The notes beneath the pieces are model-generated. The model worked only from the letters and a program-made list of their open reading frames with translations. It did not search any database and was not told the origin of the DNA. Positions 15,296-29,822 of a stretch of 64,000 bases of DNA are shown in pieces. Source of the DNA: the human T2T-CHM13v2.0 reference genome, Homo sapiens; NCBI GenBank assembly GCA_009914755.4, contig CP068257.2, positions 10,272,001-10,336,000 of the forward strand, given 5' to 3'. A program made the translations under genes and the position numbers. Numbering within the stretch: the stretch's first letter is position 1; the number at the start of each line of letters is the position of its first letter.

Positions 15296-15500
15296 TTCCA
15301 CTTCATTCCATTCCATTCCTATTCTTTCCATTCCATTCTTCTCCATTCCATTCCATTCCATTGCATTCCATTCCATTCCATTCCATTCCATTCCTATTCT
15401 TTCCATTCCATTCTTCTCCATCCCATTCCATTCCATTCCATTCCATTCCATTCCTATTCTTTCCATTCCATTCTTCTCCATTCCATTCTTCTCCATTCCA
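15296..15500. repeat. Local ~60-65 bp higher-order sub-repeat (about 3 copies) within HSat3
   Basis: The unit attcctattctttccattccattcttctccattccattccattccattccattcc repeats three times. The - strand ORF 15303-15551 shows the periodic EEWNGKNRNGMEWNGME accordingly. Confidence 0.7.
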
Positions 15501-16479
15501 TTCCATTCCATTCCACTCCACTCCGCTAAATTCCATTCCACTCCACTCCACTCAATTCCATTCCACTCCACTACAGTCCATTCCCTTCCATTCCACTTCA
15601 CTCCACTCCACTCCACTCCACTGTACTCCACTCCATTCCATTCCACTGCACTTCTGTCCACTCCACTCCTCTCCATTCCATTCTGTTCCATTCCATTCCG
15701 TTCCATTCCATTCCACTCCATTCCATTCCACTCAACTCCTTTTCACTCCATTTCACTCCATTCCACTCCACTCCACTTCACTCCACTCCTCTTGACTCCA
15801 TTCCTTTAAAATCAATTCCATTGCAATCCACTCCATTCCATTCCCTTCCACTCCATTCCACTTCATTCCTCTCCACTTCACTCCAATCCATTCCATTGCA
15901 CTCCTTTCCATTCCATTCTATTCAATTCCATTCCTCTCCTTTCCACTCCACTACACTCCACTCCATTCAATTCCATTCCACTCCACTCCATTCCATTCCA
16001 CTTCACTCCACTCCTCTCCACTCCAGTCCACTAAACACCACTCCATTCCATTCCATTCCACTTCTCTGCCCTCCGATCCACTCCAGTCAACTCCACTCCA
16101 CTCCACACCTTCTTTTTCCATTCCATTCCATTCTGTTCCATTGCATTCTCTTCCATTCCACTCCACTCAATTTCACTCTTTCCACTCCATTCCACTCCAC
16201 CCAATTATATTCCACTCCAATCCATAATATTCCACTCCACTCCACTCCACTCCATTCCACTCCACTCCATTCCATTCCATTCCGTTCCATTCCATTCCAC
16301 CGAATTCTACTCCATGCCATTTCACTCCATTCCACTCCATTTCACTCCATTAGACTTCAATATACACCATTCCACCACTCCATTTGCCTCCACTCCATTC
16401 CACTCCACTCCCATGCATTCCACTCCATTCCATTCCACTCCACTCCATTCCATTCCATTCTACTCCATTGCATTCCATT

Positions 16480-16558
16480 CCTTATTTCCGAATGGATCTC
16501 ACTCTGTCTCCATGACAGGAGTGCAGTGGCACAGTCTTAGCTCACATTTCATTTCACC
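16480..16558 (-). repeat. Alu 3'-end-derived segment (copy 9)
   Basis: ccttatttccgaatggatctcactctgtctccatgacaggagtgcagtggcacagtcttagctcacatttcatttcac. Confidence 0.85.
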
Positions 16559-17021
16559 ATTCCATTCCATTGCATTCCATTCCATTCCATTCCTTTCCAT
16601 TTCATTCCACTCGATTCCACTCCACTCCACTCCATTCCATTCAACTCCACTCCATTCCACTCCATTCCCTTAAATTCCATTTCACTGCACCCCTATACAC
16701 TCCACTCCAATCCACTCCATTCCATTCTGTTCCTTTCCATTCCGTTTCATTCCATTACATTCCATTCCTTTCCACCCCACTCCATTCCATTCCTCTCCAT
16801 TCCACTCCACTCTATTACACTCCCCTCCATTCCACTCCACTCCACTCCATTCCATTCCATTCCACTCCATTCCATTCCATTTTGTTCCATTACACTCTAC
16901 TCCACTCCATTACACTCCACTCTATTCCACTCCTCTTCATTCCACATGACTCCTTTCCTTTCCACTCCTTTCCATTCCACAGCAGTCCATTCCTTTCAAA
17001 TTTACTCCATTCCATTCCAGT

Positions 17022-17100
17022 CCTTTATTTCGACTGGATCTCACTCTTTCCCCAATACTGGAGTGCAGTGGCACAGTCTTAGCTAACATTTCATTTCACC
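17022..17100 (-). repeat. Alu 3'-end-derived segment (copy 10)
   Basis: cctttatttcgactggatctcactctttccccaatactggagtgcagtggcacagtcttagctaacatttcatttcac. Confidence 0.85.
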
Positions 17101-17861
17101 ATTCCTTTCCATTCCATTCCATTCCATTTCATTCTATTCCATTGGATTCCATTCCACTGCACTCCGATCCATTCCATGCCATTCCACTCCACTCAATTCC
17201 ATTCCACTCCACTCCACTCCATTAAATTCCATTCAACTCCACTCCATTCCACTCCATTCCCTTACATTCCATTTCACTGCACTCTGATAGACTCCACTGT
17301 ACTCCACTGCACTCCATTCCAATCCACTCCATCCCGTTCTTTTCCCTTCCATTCCGTTTCATTCCATTAAGTTCCATTCGATTACATTCCTTTCCACTAA
17401 ACTCCATTCCATTCCACTCCATTCCACTCCACTCCGTTACACTCCACTCCATTCCACTCCACTCCACTCCATTCCGCTCCATTCAATTCCATTCCACTCC
17501 ATTCCATTCCACGCCATTCCACTCCACTGCGTTACACTCCACTCCATTCCACTCCACTCCACTCCATTCCATTCCACTCCATTCCACACCACTCCACTCC
17601 ATTCCACTCCACTCCACTCCATTCCGCTTCATTCAATTCCATTCCACTCCATTCCATTGCACTCCATTCCACACCACTCTACTCCATTTCACTCCACTCC
17701 ACTCCACTCCGCTCCATTCCATTCCATTCCGCTCCATTCCATTCCTTTCCACTCCATTCCATTCCATTCCACTGAACTCCACTCCATTACACTCCATTCA
17801 ATTCCAATCCACTCCATTCCACAGAGTCCATTCCATTCAATTTTACTCCATTCCAGTCCAG

Positions 17862-17940
17862 TCCTTTATTTTGACTGAATCTCTCTCTGCCCCCATACTG
17901 GAGTGCAGTGGCAAAATCTTAGTTCACATTTCATTTCACC
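17862..17940 (-). repeat. Alu 3'-end-derived segment (copy 11)
   Basis: cctttattttgactgaatctctctctgcccccatactggagtgcagtggcaaaatcttagttcacatttcatttcac. Confidence 0.85.
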
Positions 17941-18904
17941 ATTCCATTCCATTCCATTCCATTCTATTCCATTGCATTCCTTTCCACTGCACTCCGATCC
18001 ATTCCATTCCATTCCATTCCATTCCATTCCATTCTATTCCATTCCAATCCACTCCACTGCACTCCAATCCATTCCATGCCATTCCACTCCCCTTGATTCC
18101 ATTCCGCTCCACTCCATTCCATTCCACTACATTCCATTCCATTCCGTTCCACTCCAATCCATTCCATTCCATTCCATTCCATTCCATTCCATTCCATTGC
18201 ATTCCATTCCACTGCACTCCGATCCATTCCATGCAATTCCTCTCCACTCGATTCCATTCCACTCCACTCCATTCCATTCCACTACATTCCATTCCATTCC
18301 ATTCCACTCCACTCCATTCCATTCCACTCCACTTCATTCCATTCCATTCCATTCCATTCCATTCCATTCCATTACACTCCAATCCATTCCATTCCATTCC
18401 ACTCCATTCCATTCCATTCCACTTCACTCCATTCCATTCCACTCCACTCAGCTCCACTCCATTCCATTGCATTGCATTGCATTCCATTCCACTCCATTCC
18501 ATTCCATTCCATTCCATTCTGGTCCATTCCATTCCATTCCACTGCACTCCATTCCATTACACTCCATTCCTCTCCGCTACTCTTCACTCCTCTCTACTCT
18601 GTTCAATTCCATTCCATTCCATTACATTGCACTCTGATCCACTCCACGCAACTCCACTCCATTGCATTCCGTTCCATTCTGTTCCATTCTGTTCCGTTCC
18701 GTTGCACTCAGTTCCTTTATACTCCACTCCATTCCACTCCACTCCACTCCATTCTTTTCCATTCCACTCCCTTCCATTCCATTCCATTCCACTCCATTCC
18801 CGTCCATTGCACTCCACTCCATTCCACTCCACTGCACTCCATTCCACTCCATTCCTTTCCATTCCACTCCATTGCTTTCCATTCCAATCCATTAAATTCC
18901 ATGC

Positions 18905-18980
18905 CATTATTTCTACTGGATCTCACTCTGTCACCCAGACTGTTGTGTAGTGGCACAACCTTAGCTCACATTTTTTCACC
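18905..18980 (-). repeat. Alu 3'-end-derived segment (copy 12)
   Basis: cattatttctactggatctcactctgtcacccagactgttgtgtagtggcacaaccttagctcacattttttcac. Confidence 0.85.
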
Positions 18981-20269
18981 ATTCCATTCCACTCCATTCC
19001 ATTCCATTCCATTCCATTCCATTCCATTCCATTCTATTCCCTTCCATTCCATTCCATCCCACTCCAATCCACTCCATTCCACTCAACTCCACAAAAGTCC
19101 ACTGCCTTCCATTGCATTTCATTCCACTCCATTCCATTCCATTCCACTCAATTCCATTCCATCCCATTCCAGTGCACTCTGATCCATTCCTCTCAACTCC
19201 ACACCACTCCATTCCGTTCCTTTCCATTCCATTCCATTCCATTCTGTTCCATTTCACTCCATTCCTTTCCACTCCACTCCATTCCATTCCACTCCATTTC
19301 ACTCCATTCCACTCCATTTCACTCCATTCCACTCCTTTCCACTCCACTCCAGTCCTCTCCACTCGACAGCACTCCACTCCTTTCCATTCCATTTCAACCC
19401 ACTGCGCTCTGATTCACTCCACTAGACTCCAATCCACTCCAGTCCACTGCATTCCACTATGTTCATTTCCGTTCCATTCCTTTCCATTACACTCCATTCC
19501 ATTCCAATCCACTCCATTCCATTGCACTCCATTTCACTCCACTCCACTCCCCTTCACTCCATTCCACTCCATTCCATTTAATTACACTCCAATCCATTCT
19601 ATTCCATTTCACTCCATTCCACTATATTCCACTCCACCCCATTCCACTACACTCCATTTCACTCCACGGCTCTCCATTCCACTCCAATCCACTCCAATCT
19701 ACCCTGTTCCATTCCACGGCACTCCATTCCACTCCACTCTACCCTGTTCCATTCCACTACACTTCATTATTATCCGTTCCATTCTATTCCATTCCACTGC
19801 CCTCTGATCCACTCCACTCCACTCCACTCCACTCCACTCCACTCCATTCCGTTCCATTCCATTCCATTCGTTTCCATTCCATTTCGTTCCGTTCCATTCC
19901 ATTCCATTCCAGTCCACTCCTTTCCATTACACTCCGTTCCACTCCACTCCACTCCACTCCGTTCCATTCCATTCCATTCCATTCCATTCCATTCCATTCC
20001 TCTGCACTCCAATCCACTACTCTAAATTCCATTCTGATGCACTCCACTGCACTCCGTTTCATTTTGTTCCGTTCTGTTCCATTCTGTTCCGTTCTGTTCC
20101 ATTCTTTTCTGTTCCATTGCATTCCACTCCATTCCATTCAACTACACTCCATTCCACTCCACTCCACTCCATTCCATTCCGTTCCATTCCACTCTCTTCC
20201 ACTCCGTTCCACTCCATTCCATTCCACTCCACTCCATTCAATTCCATTCTACTCCATTCCATTCCACTC

Positions 20270-20348
20270 CATTATTTCAATTGGCTCTCACTCTGTCACC
20301 CAGACTGGAATGCAGTGGCACAGTCTTACCTCACATTTCGTTTGAGAA
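20270..20348 (-). repeat. Alu 3'-end-derived segment (copy 13)
   Basis: cattatttcaattggctctcactctgtcacccagactggaatgcagtggcacagtcttacctcacatttcgtttgag. Confidence 0.85.
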
Positions 20349-21589
20349 TTCCATTCCATTCCATTCCATTCCACTTCAGTCCCCTCCACTCCACTCAACT
20401 CCACACAACTCCACTCCATTCCATTCCATTCCACTCCACTCCACTCCATTCCATTCCACTCCACTCCATTCCATTTCATTGCATTCCATTCCATTCCACT
20501 CCATTCCATTCCACTCCATTCCACTGCACTCCACTTCACTCCACTCTACTCTACTACATTCTATTCCATTCCATTCCACTGCACTCTGATCCACTCCACT
20601 CAACTCCACTCCACTCCACTACTCTACACTCTGTTCCATTCCGTTCCATTCCATTCCTTCCATTCTATTCTAATCCATTCCCTTCCTCTCCACTCCATTC
20701 CACTCCACTCCATTTCACTCCATTCCACTCCATTTCACTCGACTCAACGGCACTCCATTACATTCCACTTCATTCCATTCCATTCCACCCCATTCCATTC
20801 CATTCCATTCCACTCCACTCCCTTCCATTCCACTCCACTCCACTACATTCCACGACACTCCATTCTACTCCATTCCATTCCATTCCATTACGCTTCTCTC
20901 CATTCCACTAAATTCCATTCCATTCCTTTCTACTGCACTTTTATCCACTCCACACAGCTCCACTCCACTCCACTCTGTTCCCTTCTGATCAATTCCATTC
21001 CATTGCATTCCATTCCGTTCCATTCCATTCCATTCCATTCCACTCCACTCGACTCCATTCCATTCCACTCCATTCTACTCCATTCCACTCCACTCCACTC
21101 CACGCCAGTCCACTCCACTGCACTCCACTCCACTCCATTCCATTCCATTTCACTGCACTCCAATCCACTCCACTCAACTCCACTCCAATTCACTCCACTA
21201 CGTTCCGTTCCATTCCATTCCATTCCATTCCATTCCATTCCACTCCATTCCATTCCACTCCATTTCACTCCATTACACTCCATTCCACTCCACTACACTC
21301 CCCTCCCTTCCATTTCACTCCATTCCATTCCATTCCACTCCATTCCATTCCATTCCATTCCATTCCATTCCATTCCATTCCATTCCTTTCCATTCCTCTC
21401 CACTCCACTCCTTTCCACTCCACTACACCCCATTCCACTCCACTCCACTCCATTCCACTTCTATCCATTCCACTCCACTCCGTTACATTCTACTCCACCT
21501 CATGTCATTCCACTCCATTCCATTCCACTCCATTCCACTCCACTCCACTCCTCTCCATTCCATTCTTCTTTACTCTATTCCATTCCATT

Positions 21590-21668
21590 CCTTTATTTCG
21601 ATTGGATCTCACTCTGTCACCCAGACTGGAGTGCAGTGGCACAATCTTAGCGCACATTACATTTCATC
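21590..21668 (-). repeat. Alu 3'-end-derived segment (copy 14)
   Basis: cctttatttcgattggatctcactctgtcacccagactggagtgcagtggcacaatcttagcgcacattacatttcat. Confidence 0.85.
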
Positions 21669-22431
21669 TTTCCATTCCATGGCATTCCATTCCATTCCAT
21701 TCTATTATATTCTACTCCACTCCACTCCACTCCATTCCATTCCACTCCACCCCTTTCCTTTCCTTTCCTTTCCTTTCAATTCCACTCCTTTCCATTCCAT
21801 TCCATTCCATTCCACTTCACTCCAAACCACTCCAGTCATATCCTCTCCACTCCACTACGTTCCATTCCGTTCAACTCCATTCTCGTCCATTCCATTCCGT
21901 TTCATTCCATTCCATTCCATTCCAATCCAGTCCATTGCATTCCACTCGATTCCACTCCAATTCACTCAACTCCACTCCATTCCATTCCATTCCATTCCAT
22001 TCCATTCCACTGCACTCCCACCCCCTCCACACAACTCCACTTCACTGCACTCCACTCCACTCCGTTTCATTGTGTTCTATTCCATTCCTTTCCGTTCCAT
22101 TCCATTACATTCGATTCCAATCCACTACATTCCAATCCACTACATTCCACTCCATTCCATTCCATTCCACTCCACTCCACTCCATTCCAATCCACTCCTC
22201 TCCATTCCACTCCACTCCACTCCATTCCACTGCATTCCATTCCATTCCACTCCTTTCAGTTCCATTCCTTTCCACTCCAATCCAATCCGTTATACTACAA
22301 TCCATTCCACTCCACTTCCATTCCACTCTGTTATACTGCAATCCATTCCACTCCACTTCCATTCCTCTCCACTCCACTCCCTGCCACTCCATTCCACTCT
22401 ACTCCATTCCATTCTACTCCATTCCATTCCT

Positions 22432-22510
22432 TTCCTTTATGTCGACTGGATCTCACTCTGTCACCCAGAGCAGAGTGCAGTGGCACTGTCTTAGCTCACA
22501 TTTCATTTCA
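22432..22510 (-). repeat. Alu 3'-end-derived segment (copy 15)
   Basis: cctttatgtcgactggatctcactctgtcacccagagcagagtgcagtggcactgtcttagctcacatttcatttcac. Confidence 0.85.
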
Positions 22511-23034
22511 CCATTCCATTCCATTTCATTCCACTCCACTCCACTCCACTCCACTGAACTCTGTTCCATTCCATACCATTCCATTCCACGCCACTCCATA
22601 CCACTCCATTCCACACCAGTCCACTCCACTCCATTCCACGCCACTCCACTCCACTAAACACCAGTCCACTCCACTCCATTCCCTTACATCCAATCGATTC
22701 CTTTCCTTTCCAGTCCATTCCACTGCACTCCAATACATTGTATGCAACTCCACTCCACTCCACTCTGTTCCATTCTGTTCCATTTCGTTCCATTCTGTTC
22801 CATTCCATTCCAATCAATTCCATTCCACTCCACTCCACTACACTCCAATCCATTTCACTCCGTTCCACTCCATTCCACTCCGCTTTACTAAACTGCTTTT
22901 TATTCCACTCCATTCCACTCCATTCCAATCCACTCCATTCCACTCTATTCCATTCTACTCCACACTACTCCATTCCACTCCATTTCAATCCACTGCACTC
23001 CATGCCATTCCATTCTACTCTGTTCCATTGCATT

Positions 23035-23112
23035 CCTTTATTTCGACTGGATCTCACTCTGTCACCCAGACTGGAGTGCAGTGGCTCAATCTGAGCACAC
23101 ATTTCATTTCAC
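23035..23112 (-). repeat. Alu 3'-end-derived segment (copy 16)
   Basis: cctttatttcgactggatctcactctgtcacccagactggagtgcagtggctcaatctgagcacacatttcatttcac. Confidence 0.85.
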
Positions 23113-24291
23113 CAATCCATTTCATTCTTTTCCAATCCTTTCCATTCCATTCCACTCCAATCCACTCCAGTCCTCTCCATTCCTCTACACTCCTTTCCAT
23201 TGTCTTCCATTTCACTCCACGGCAATACGATCCATTCCACTCAAAACCACTGCAGTCCACTGTGCTCAATTCCGTTCCGTTACTTTCCATTCCATTCCAT
23301 TCCATTTCATTCCATTCCATTCCATTCCATTCCATTCCATTCCATTCCATTCCACTCCATTCCACTGCATTCCACTCCATTCCATTCCACTCCCTTCCAC
23401 TATATTCCACTCCACTCCGTTCCACTCCACTACACTCCACTGCCCTCCATTCCATTCCATTCCATTCTTTTCCATTCCATTCCATTCCATTCTTTTCCAT
23501 TCCATTCCATTCCTTTCCATTCCATTCTATTCCACTCCACTGCAGTTCTTTCAATTTTGTTCCAGTGCTTTCCTTTATGTTCCATTCCACTCCATTCCTT
23601 TCCACTCCACTCCTTTCCACTCCTCTCCATTTCACTCCATTCCACTCCATTCACCTCAACTCCGCTCCACTCCACTGCACTCCACTCCAATCCCTTCCAT
23701 TCCACCCCATTCCATTACATTCCATTCCACTCCTTTCCATTACATTCCACTACTTTCCACTTCATTCCACGCCATTCCCCTCCACAGCATTCCACTCCAC
23801 TCCCTTCCAATCCACTCCACTCCATTCCATTCCATTCCACTCCATTCCATTCCATTCCAATCCATTCCACTTCAATCCACTTCACTCCAATCTACTCCAT
23901 TCCATTCCATTCCACTCCATTCCATTCCATTCCACTCCATTCCATTCCTTTCCAATCCATTCCACTTGAATCCATTCCACTCCATTCCACTTGAATCCAT
24001 TCCACTCCATTCCACTCCATTCCATTCCACTCCACTCTATCCCATTCCATTCCACTCCACTCCATTCCATTCCATTCAATTCCACTCCATTCCATTCCAT
24101 TCCAATCCATTCCACTTCAATCCACTTCACTCCATTCCACTCCATTCCATTGCATTCCACTCCATTCCATTCCTTTCCAATCCATTCCACTTCAATCTAT
24201 TCCACTCCATTCCATTCCATTCCACTCCATTCCCTTCCATTCCATTCCACTCCACTCCATTCCATTCCTTTCTACTCCATTCCATTCAATT

Positions 24292-24370
24292 CCTTTATTT
24301 CGATTGGATCTCACTCTCTCACCCAGATTGGAGAGCAGTGGCACAAACTAAGCTCATGTTTCATTTCACC
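24292..24370 (-). repeat. Alu 3'-end-derived segment (copy 17)
   Basis: cctttatttcgattggatctcactctctcacccagattggagagcagtggcacaaactaagctcatgtttcatttcac. Confidence 0.85.
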
Positions 24371-25145
24371 ATTCCATTCCATTCCATTCCATTCCATTCC
24401 ACTGCACTCTGATCCACTCCACTCCACTCCACTCCACTTTAATCCACTAAGTTCAATTCCGTTCCCTTCCATTCTGTTCTGTTCCGTTCCCTACCCGACC
24501 ATTCTATTCCACTCCACTCCATTCCACCTCACTCCATTTCTCTGCATTACACTCCATTCCATTCCACTCCACTGTACTCCACACCCCTCCACTCCGTTCC
24601 ATTGTATTCCATTACACTCCATTCCATTCCACTGCATTCCATTCCATTTCATTCCATTCTACTCCACTCCATTCCATTCTACTCCACTCCAGTCCATTCC
24701 ACTCCACTCCACTGCACTCTGCTCCACTCCAATCAACTCCATTCCACTCCACTGCACTAAACTCCACTCCAGTCCACTTCATTCCCTTCCATTTCATTCC
24801 ACTACACTCCACTCCATTCCAGTCCACTCCACTCCACTCCACTCCATTCCATTCCATTCCATTCCATTACACTCCACTCCATTCCACTCCACTCCATTCC
24901 ATTCCACTCCATTCCACTCCATTCCATTCCATTCCATCCCATTCCACTGTATTCCAATCCACTCCATTTCACCTCAATCCATTCCACTTCACTCCACTCC
25001 ATTCACTCCACTCCATTTCCTTCCACTCTTCCATTCCATTCTATTCCACTCCATTCCACTCCATTCCACTCCACTCCACTCCATTCCACTCCATTCCATA
25101 CCATTTTATTCCATTCCATTCCATTCTACTCCATTCCATTCCATT

Positions 25146-25222
25146 CCTCTATTTCGATTGGATCTCACTCTGTCACCCAGACTTGTGTGCAGTGGCACAA
25201 TCTTAGCTCACCTTACATTTCA
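25146..25222 (-). repeat. Alu 3'-end-derived segment (copy 18)
   Basis: cctctatttcgattggatctcactctgtcacccagacttgtgtgcagtggcacaatcttagctcaccttacatttcac. Confidence 0.85.
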
Positions 25223-26257
25223 CCATTCCATTCCATTCCATTCCATTCCATTCCATTCCATTCCATTCCATTCCAATCCATGGAAATCCACTCCACTCCA
25301 CTCCACTCCGCTCCACTCCTTTCTATTCCACTCCACCTCGTTCCATTCCATTCTATTCCTTTCCATTTCATTCCATTCCATTCCACTGCACTCCGATCCA
25401 CTTCACTCCATTCAACTCCACTCCATTCCACTCCACTACTTTCCATTCCATTCCATTTCATTCTGTTCCATTCCATTCCATTCTGTTCCATTCCATTCCA
25501 TTCAACTCAACTCCATTCCGTTCCCCTGCATTCCACTCCAATTCACTCCACTCCACTCCATTCCATTCCATACCATTCCATTCCACTGCACTCCTATCCA
25601 CTCCACACAACTCCACTCCACTGCACTCCACTCCACTCCGTTCCATTCCATTCCGTTCCATTTTATTTCTTTCCATTCCATTCCTCTCCATTCCACTCCA
25701 CTTCACTCCACTCCACTCCACTCCATTCCATTCCATTCCATTCCATTCCATTCCATTGCACACCAGTCCCTTCCATTCCATTCCATTCCTTTCCACTCCA
25801 CTCGACTGCAGTCCGTTCAATTAGGTTCCAATCCTTTGCTTTCCATTCCATTCCACTCCATTCCGTTCCACTCCACTCCTTTCTACTCCTCTCTTTTTCA
25901 CTCTATTCCACTCCATTCCACTCTACTCTGCTCCACTGTACTTTACTCCACTCCAATCCACTCCATTCCATTCCATTCCATTCCATTCCATTCCACTGCA
26001 CTCCGATACCCTCCACGCAACTCCACTCCACTCCACTCTTTTCCATTCCGTTCCATTCTGTTCTGTTCTGTTCCATTCCATTCCATGCCATTCAATTCCA
26101 CTCCACTCAACACAATTTCACTCCATTCCACTCCATTCCACTATAGTCTACTGAACTCCATTCCATTCCACTCCATTCCAAACCACTCCACTCCATTCCA
26201 CTCCATTCCATTTCACTCCACTCTATTCAATTCCATTCTACTCCATTCCATTGCATT

Positions 26258-26336
26258 CCTTTGTTTCTTCTGGATCTCACTCTGTCACCCAGACTGGAGT
26301 TCAGTGGCACAATCTTAGAACACATTACATTTCACC
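26258..26336 (-). repeat. Alu 3'-end-derived segment (copy 19)
   Basis: cctttgtttcttctggatctcactctgtcacccagactggagttcagtggcacaatcttagaacacattacatttcac. Confidence 0.85.
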
Positions 26337-27041
26337 ATTCCATTTCATTCCATTCCATTCCTTTCCATTCCACTCCACTCCACTCAACTCCTCTCCATTC
26401 CTGTGCACACCTTTCTATTCCATTCCATTCCATTCTACGGTAATCCAATCCATTCTAATCAACACCACTCCACTCCACTCTGCTCCACTCCGTTCCATTC
26501 CATTCCATTTCATTCCATTCCATTCCATTCCATTGCATTCCATTCCATACTATTCCTTTCCATTCCATTCCATTCCATTCCATTCCACTCTACTCAAATT
26601 CCATTCCACTCCATTCCACTCCACTCCACTACACTCCACTGCAATCCATTCCATTCCATTCCACTGCAAACCACTCCTTTCCATTCCATTCCATTCCATT
26701 CCTTTCCAGTCCTTTACTTTCCATACCATTCCACTCCATTCCATTCCACTCCACTCCTTTCCACTCTTCTCCATTTCACTCCATTCCACTCCATTACACT
26801 CCAGTCCGCTCCACTCCACTCCAATCCACTCCACTACACTCCAGTCCGCTCCACTCCACTCCACTCCACTCCATTCCACTCCATTCCATTCCACTCCAGT
26901 CCATTCCATTCCATTCCATTGCACTCCATTCCATTGCACTCCATTCCATTCCATTCCACTCCATTCCACTCCATTCCAATCCATTCCACTTCAATCCAAT
27001 CCACTACATTCCTTTCGTTTCTACTCCATTTCATTCCATTC

Positions 27042-27118
27042 ATTTATTTCGACTGGATCTCACTCTGTCATCCAGACTGGAGAGCAGTGGCAATATCTTA
27101 GCTCACATTTCATTTCAG
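27042..27118 (-). repeat. Alu 3'-end-derived segment (copy 20)
   Basis: catttatttcgactggatctcactctgtcatccagactggagagcagtggcaatatcttagctcacatttcatttcag. Confidence 0.85.
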
Positions 27119-27911
27119 CATTCCATTCCATTCCATTCCAATCTATTCCACTCCATTCCATTCCATTGCATTCCATTCCACTGCACTCCCATCCACTCCA
27201 CTCAACTCCACTCCACTCCAGTGCACTAAGCTCAATTCCGTTCCCTTCCATTCGGTTGCTTTCCATTCTATACCCAACCATTCTATTCCACTCCACTCCA
27301 TTCCACTCCACTCCACTTCTCTCCATTCCCCTCAATTCCATTCCACTCCACTCCACTCCACTCCATTTCTTTCCATTCCACTCCTTTCCATTCCATGGCA
27401 TTCCATTCCATTTCATTCTATTCCACTCTACTCCATTCGATTCCACTCCATTCCAGTCCATTCCACTCCACTCCACTCCACTCTGCTCCACTCCAGTCAA
27501 CTCCATTCCACTCCACTCCACTTCATTCCATTCCATTCCATTCCATTCCACTGCAGTCCGATCCACTCCACCCAATTCCACTCCACTCCAACCATTCCAT
27601 TCCATTCCGTTCCATTCTATTCCGTTCTGTTCCGTTCCATTCCATTCTACACCATTCCATTCCACTCCACTCCACTCAACTTGACTCCACTCCATTCCAT
27701 TCCACTCCATTCCACTGCATTCCAATCCACTCCATTCCACCTCAATCCGTTCCTCTCCACTCCTCTCTATTCCATTCCTCTCCATTACATTCCACTCCAT
27801 TCCATTCCATTCCACCCCATTACACACCATTCCAATCCACTCCACTCCATTCCAATCCATCCAATTCCATTTTATTCCATTCCATTCCATTCTACTTTAT
27901 TCCATTCCATT

Positions 27912-27990
27912 CCCTTATTTCAATCGGATCTCACTCTGTCACCGAGACTGGAGTGCAGTGGCACAATCTTAGCATACACTACATTTCACC
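27912..27990 (-). repeat. Alu 3'-end-derived segment (copy 21)
   Basis: cccttatttcaatcggatctcactctgtcaccgagactggagtgcagtggcacaatcttagcatacactacatttcac. Confidence 0.85.
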
Positions 27991-28657
27991 ATTCCATTCC
28001 ATTCTTTTCCATTCCATTCCATTCCACTCCACTCCTCTCCACTCCACTCAATTCTGTTCCATTCCATTCCATTCCATCCAATTCCATTCCATTCCATTCT
28101 GTTCCATTCCATTCCATTCCATTCCATTCCATTCCATTCCATTCCATTGCCTTGCATTGCATTCCTTTCCATTGCATTCCATTCCTTTCCATTCCATTCC
28201 ATTCCATTCCACTGCACTCCGGTCCAATCCACTCCACTCCACTACGTTCAGTTCCGTTCCATTCAATTCTGTTCCATTCCATTCCGTTCCATTCTGTTCC
28301 ATTCCTTTCCACTCCCCTCCATACCATTCCACTCTATTCTACTCCACTTCACTCCACTCCACTCCACTCCACTCCACCCCATTCCATTCCATACCATTTC
28401 ATTCCGCTGCACTCCCATCCACTCCACACAACTCCACTCCACTCTGTTCCATTCTGTTCTGTTCCGTACCTTTCCATTCCATTCCACATCATTCCATTCC
28501 AATGCAGTCCATTCCACTCCACTCCATTCCACTCCGTTATACAGCAATCCATTCCACTCCACTCCATTCCACTCCACTCCACTCCATGCCCCACCATTCC
28601 CTTCCACTGCACTCCACTCCACTCCATTCCATTCCATTCTACTCCATTCCATTCCAT

Positions 28658-28736
28658 TCCTTACTTCGACTGGGTCTCACTCTGTCACTCAGACAGGAAT
28701 GCAGTGGCACAATCATAGTTCACATTTCATTTCACC
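28658..28736 (-). repeat. Alu 3'-end-derived segment (copy 22)
   Basis: ccttacttcgactgggtctcactctgtcactcagacaggaatgcagtggcacaatcatagttcacatttcatttcac. Confidence 0.85.
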
Positions 28737-29743
28737 GTTCCAGTCCATTCCATTCCAGTTCATTCCATTCCACTCCAGTCCACTCTACTCCACTCCACTC
28801 TACTCCACTCCACTCAACTCCACTGCACTCCACTCAACTCCATTCTGTTCCGTTCCATTCCTTTCCTTTCCATTGCATTGCATTCCTTTCCATTCCATTC
28901 CATTCCACTCCACTCCACTCCATTCCACTCCGTACCTTCACATTCCACTCCAGTCCTCTCCACTCCACTCTACTACACTCCATTCCACTCCACCACATTA
29001 AACTTCACTCCACTACACTCCATTCCATTCCATTCCATTCCACTGTACTGCGACACACTCCACTCAATTCCAATCCACTCAACTCCACTACACTCCGTTC
29101 CATTCCATTCCATTCTGTTCTATTCCATTCAACTCCATTACACTCCACTGCACTCCACTCCACTCCATTTCACTCCATTCCACTCCATTCCACTGCACTC
29201 CACTCCACTAAACTCTATTCCATTCCACTCCATTTCAGTACATTCCATTCCACTCCATTCCACTCCACTCCATTCCTCTCGATTCCATTCCATTCCTCTC
29301 CATTCCACTCCATTCCACTCCACTCCAATTCCACTCCATTCCACTCCACTCCACTCCACTAAACTCCATTCCATTCCACTCCATGTCAGTCCATTCCACT
29401 CTACTGCATTGCACTACACTCCATTCCATTCCTCTCAATTCCATTCCTTTCCACTCCACTCCATTCCACTCCACTCCACTAAACGCCACTCCACTTCACT
29501 AAACTCCACTCCTCTCGACTCCATACCATTCCATTACATTCCATTACATTCCACTGCAGTCCGATCCACTCCAATCAACTCCACTCCACTCTATTCCACT
29601 TTGTTCCATTCCGTTCTGTTCTGTTCCGTTCTACTGCACTCCATTCCATTCCACTCCACTCTAATCCACTCTACTCCACTCCTTTCCTCTCCGTTACATT
29701 CCACATCACTCCATTCCATTGCATTTTACTCCATTCCGTTCCA

Positions 29744-29822
29744 TTCCTTTATTTAGACTGTATCTCACTTTGTCACCCGTACTGGAGTGCAGTGGCACAA
29801 TCTTAGCTCACGTTTCATTTCA
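29744..29822 (-). repeat. Alu 3'-end-derived segment (copy 23)
   Basis: cctttatttagactgtatctcactttgtcacccgtactggagtgcagtggcacaatcttagctcacgtttcatttcac. Confidence 0.85.

Noticed and set aside
21750-21780. (CCTTT)5 and (GTTCC)5 (34281-34310) microsatellite-like runs as separate features
   Set aside because: These are trivial one-base variants of the pentamer unit expanded locally. They are not independent elements.
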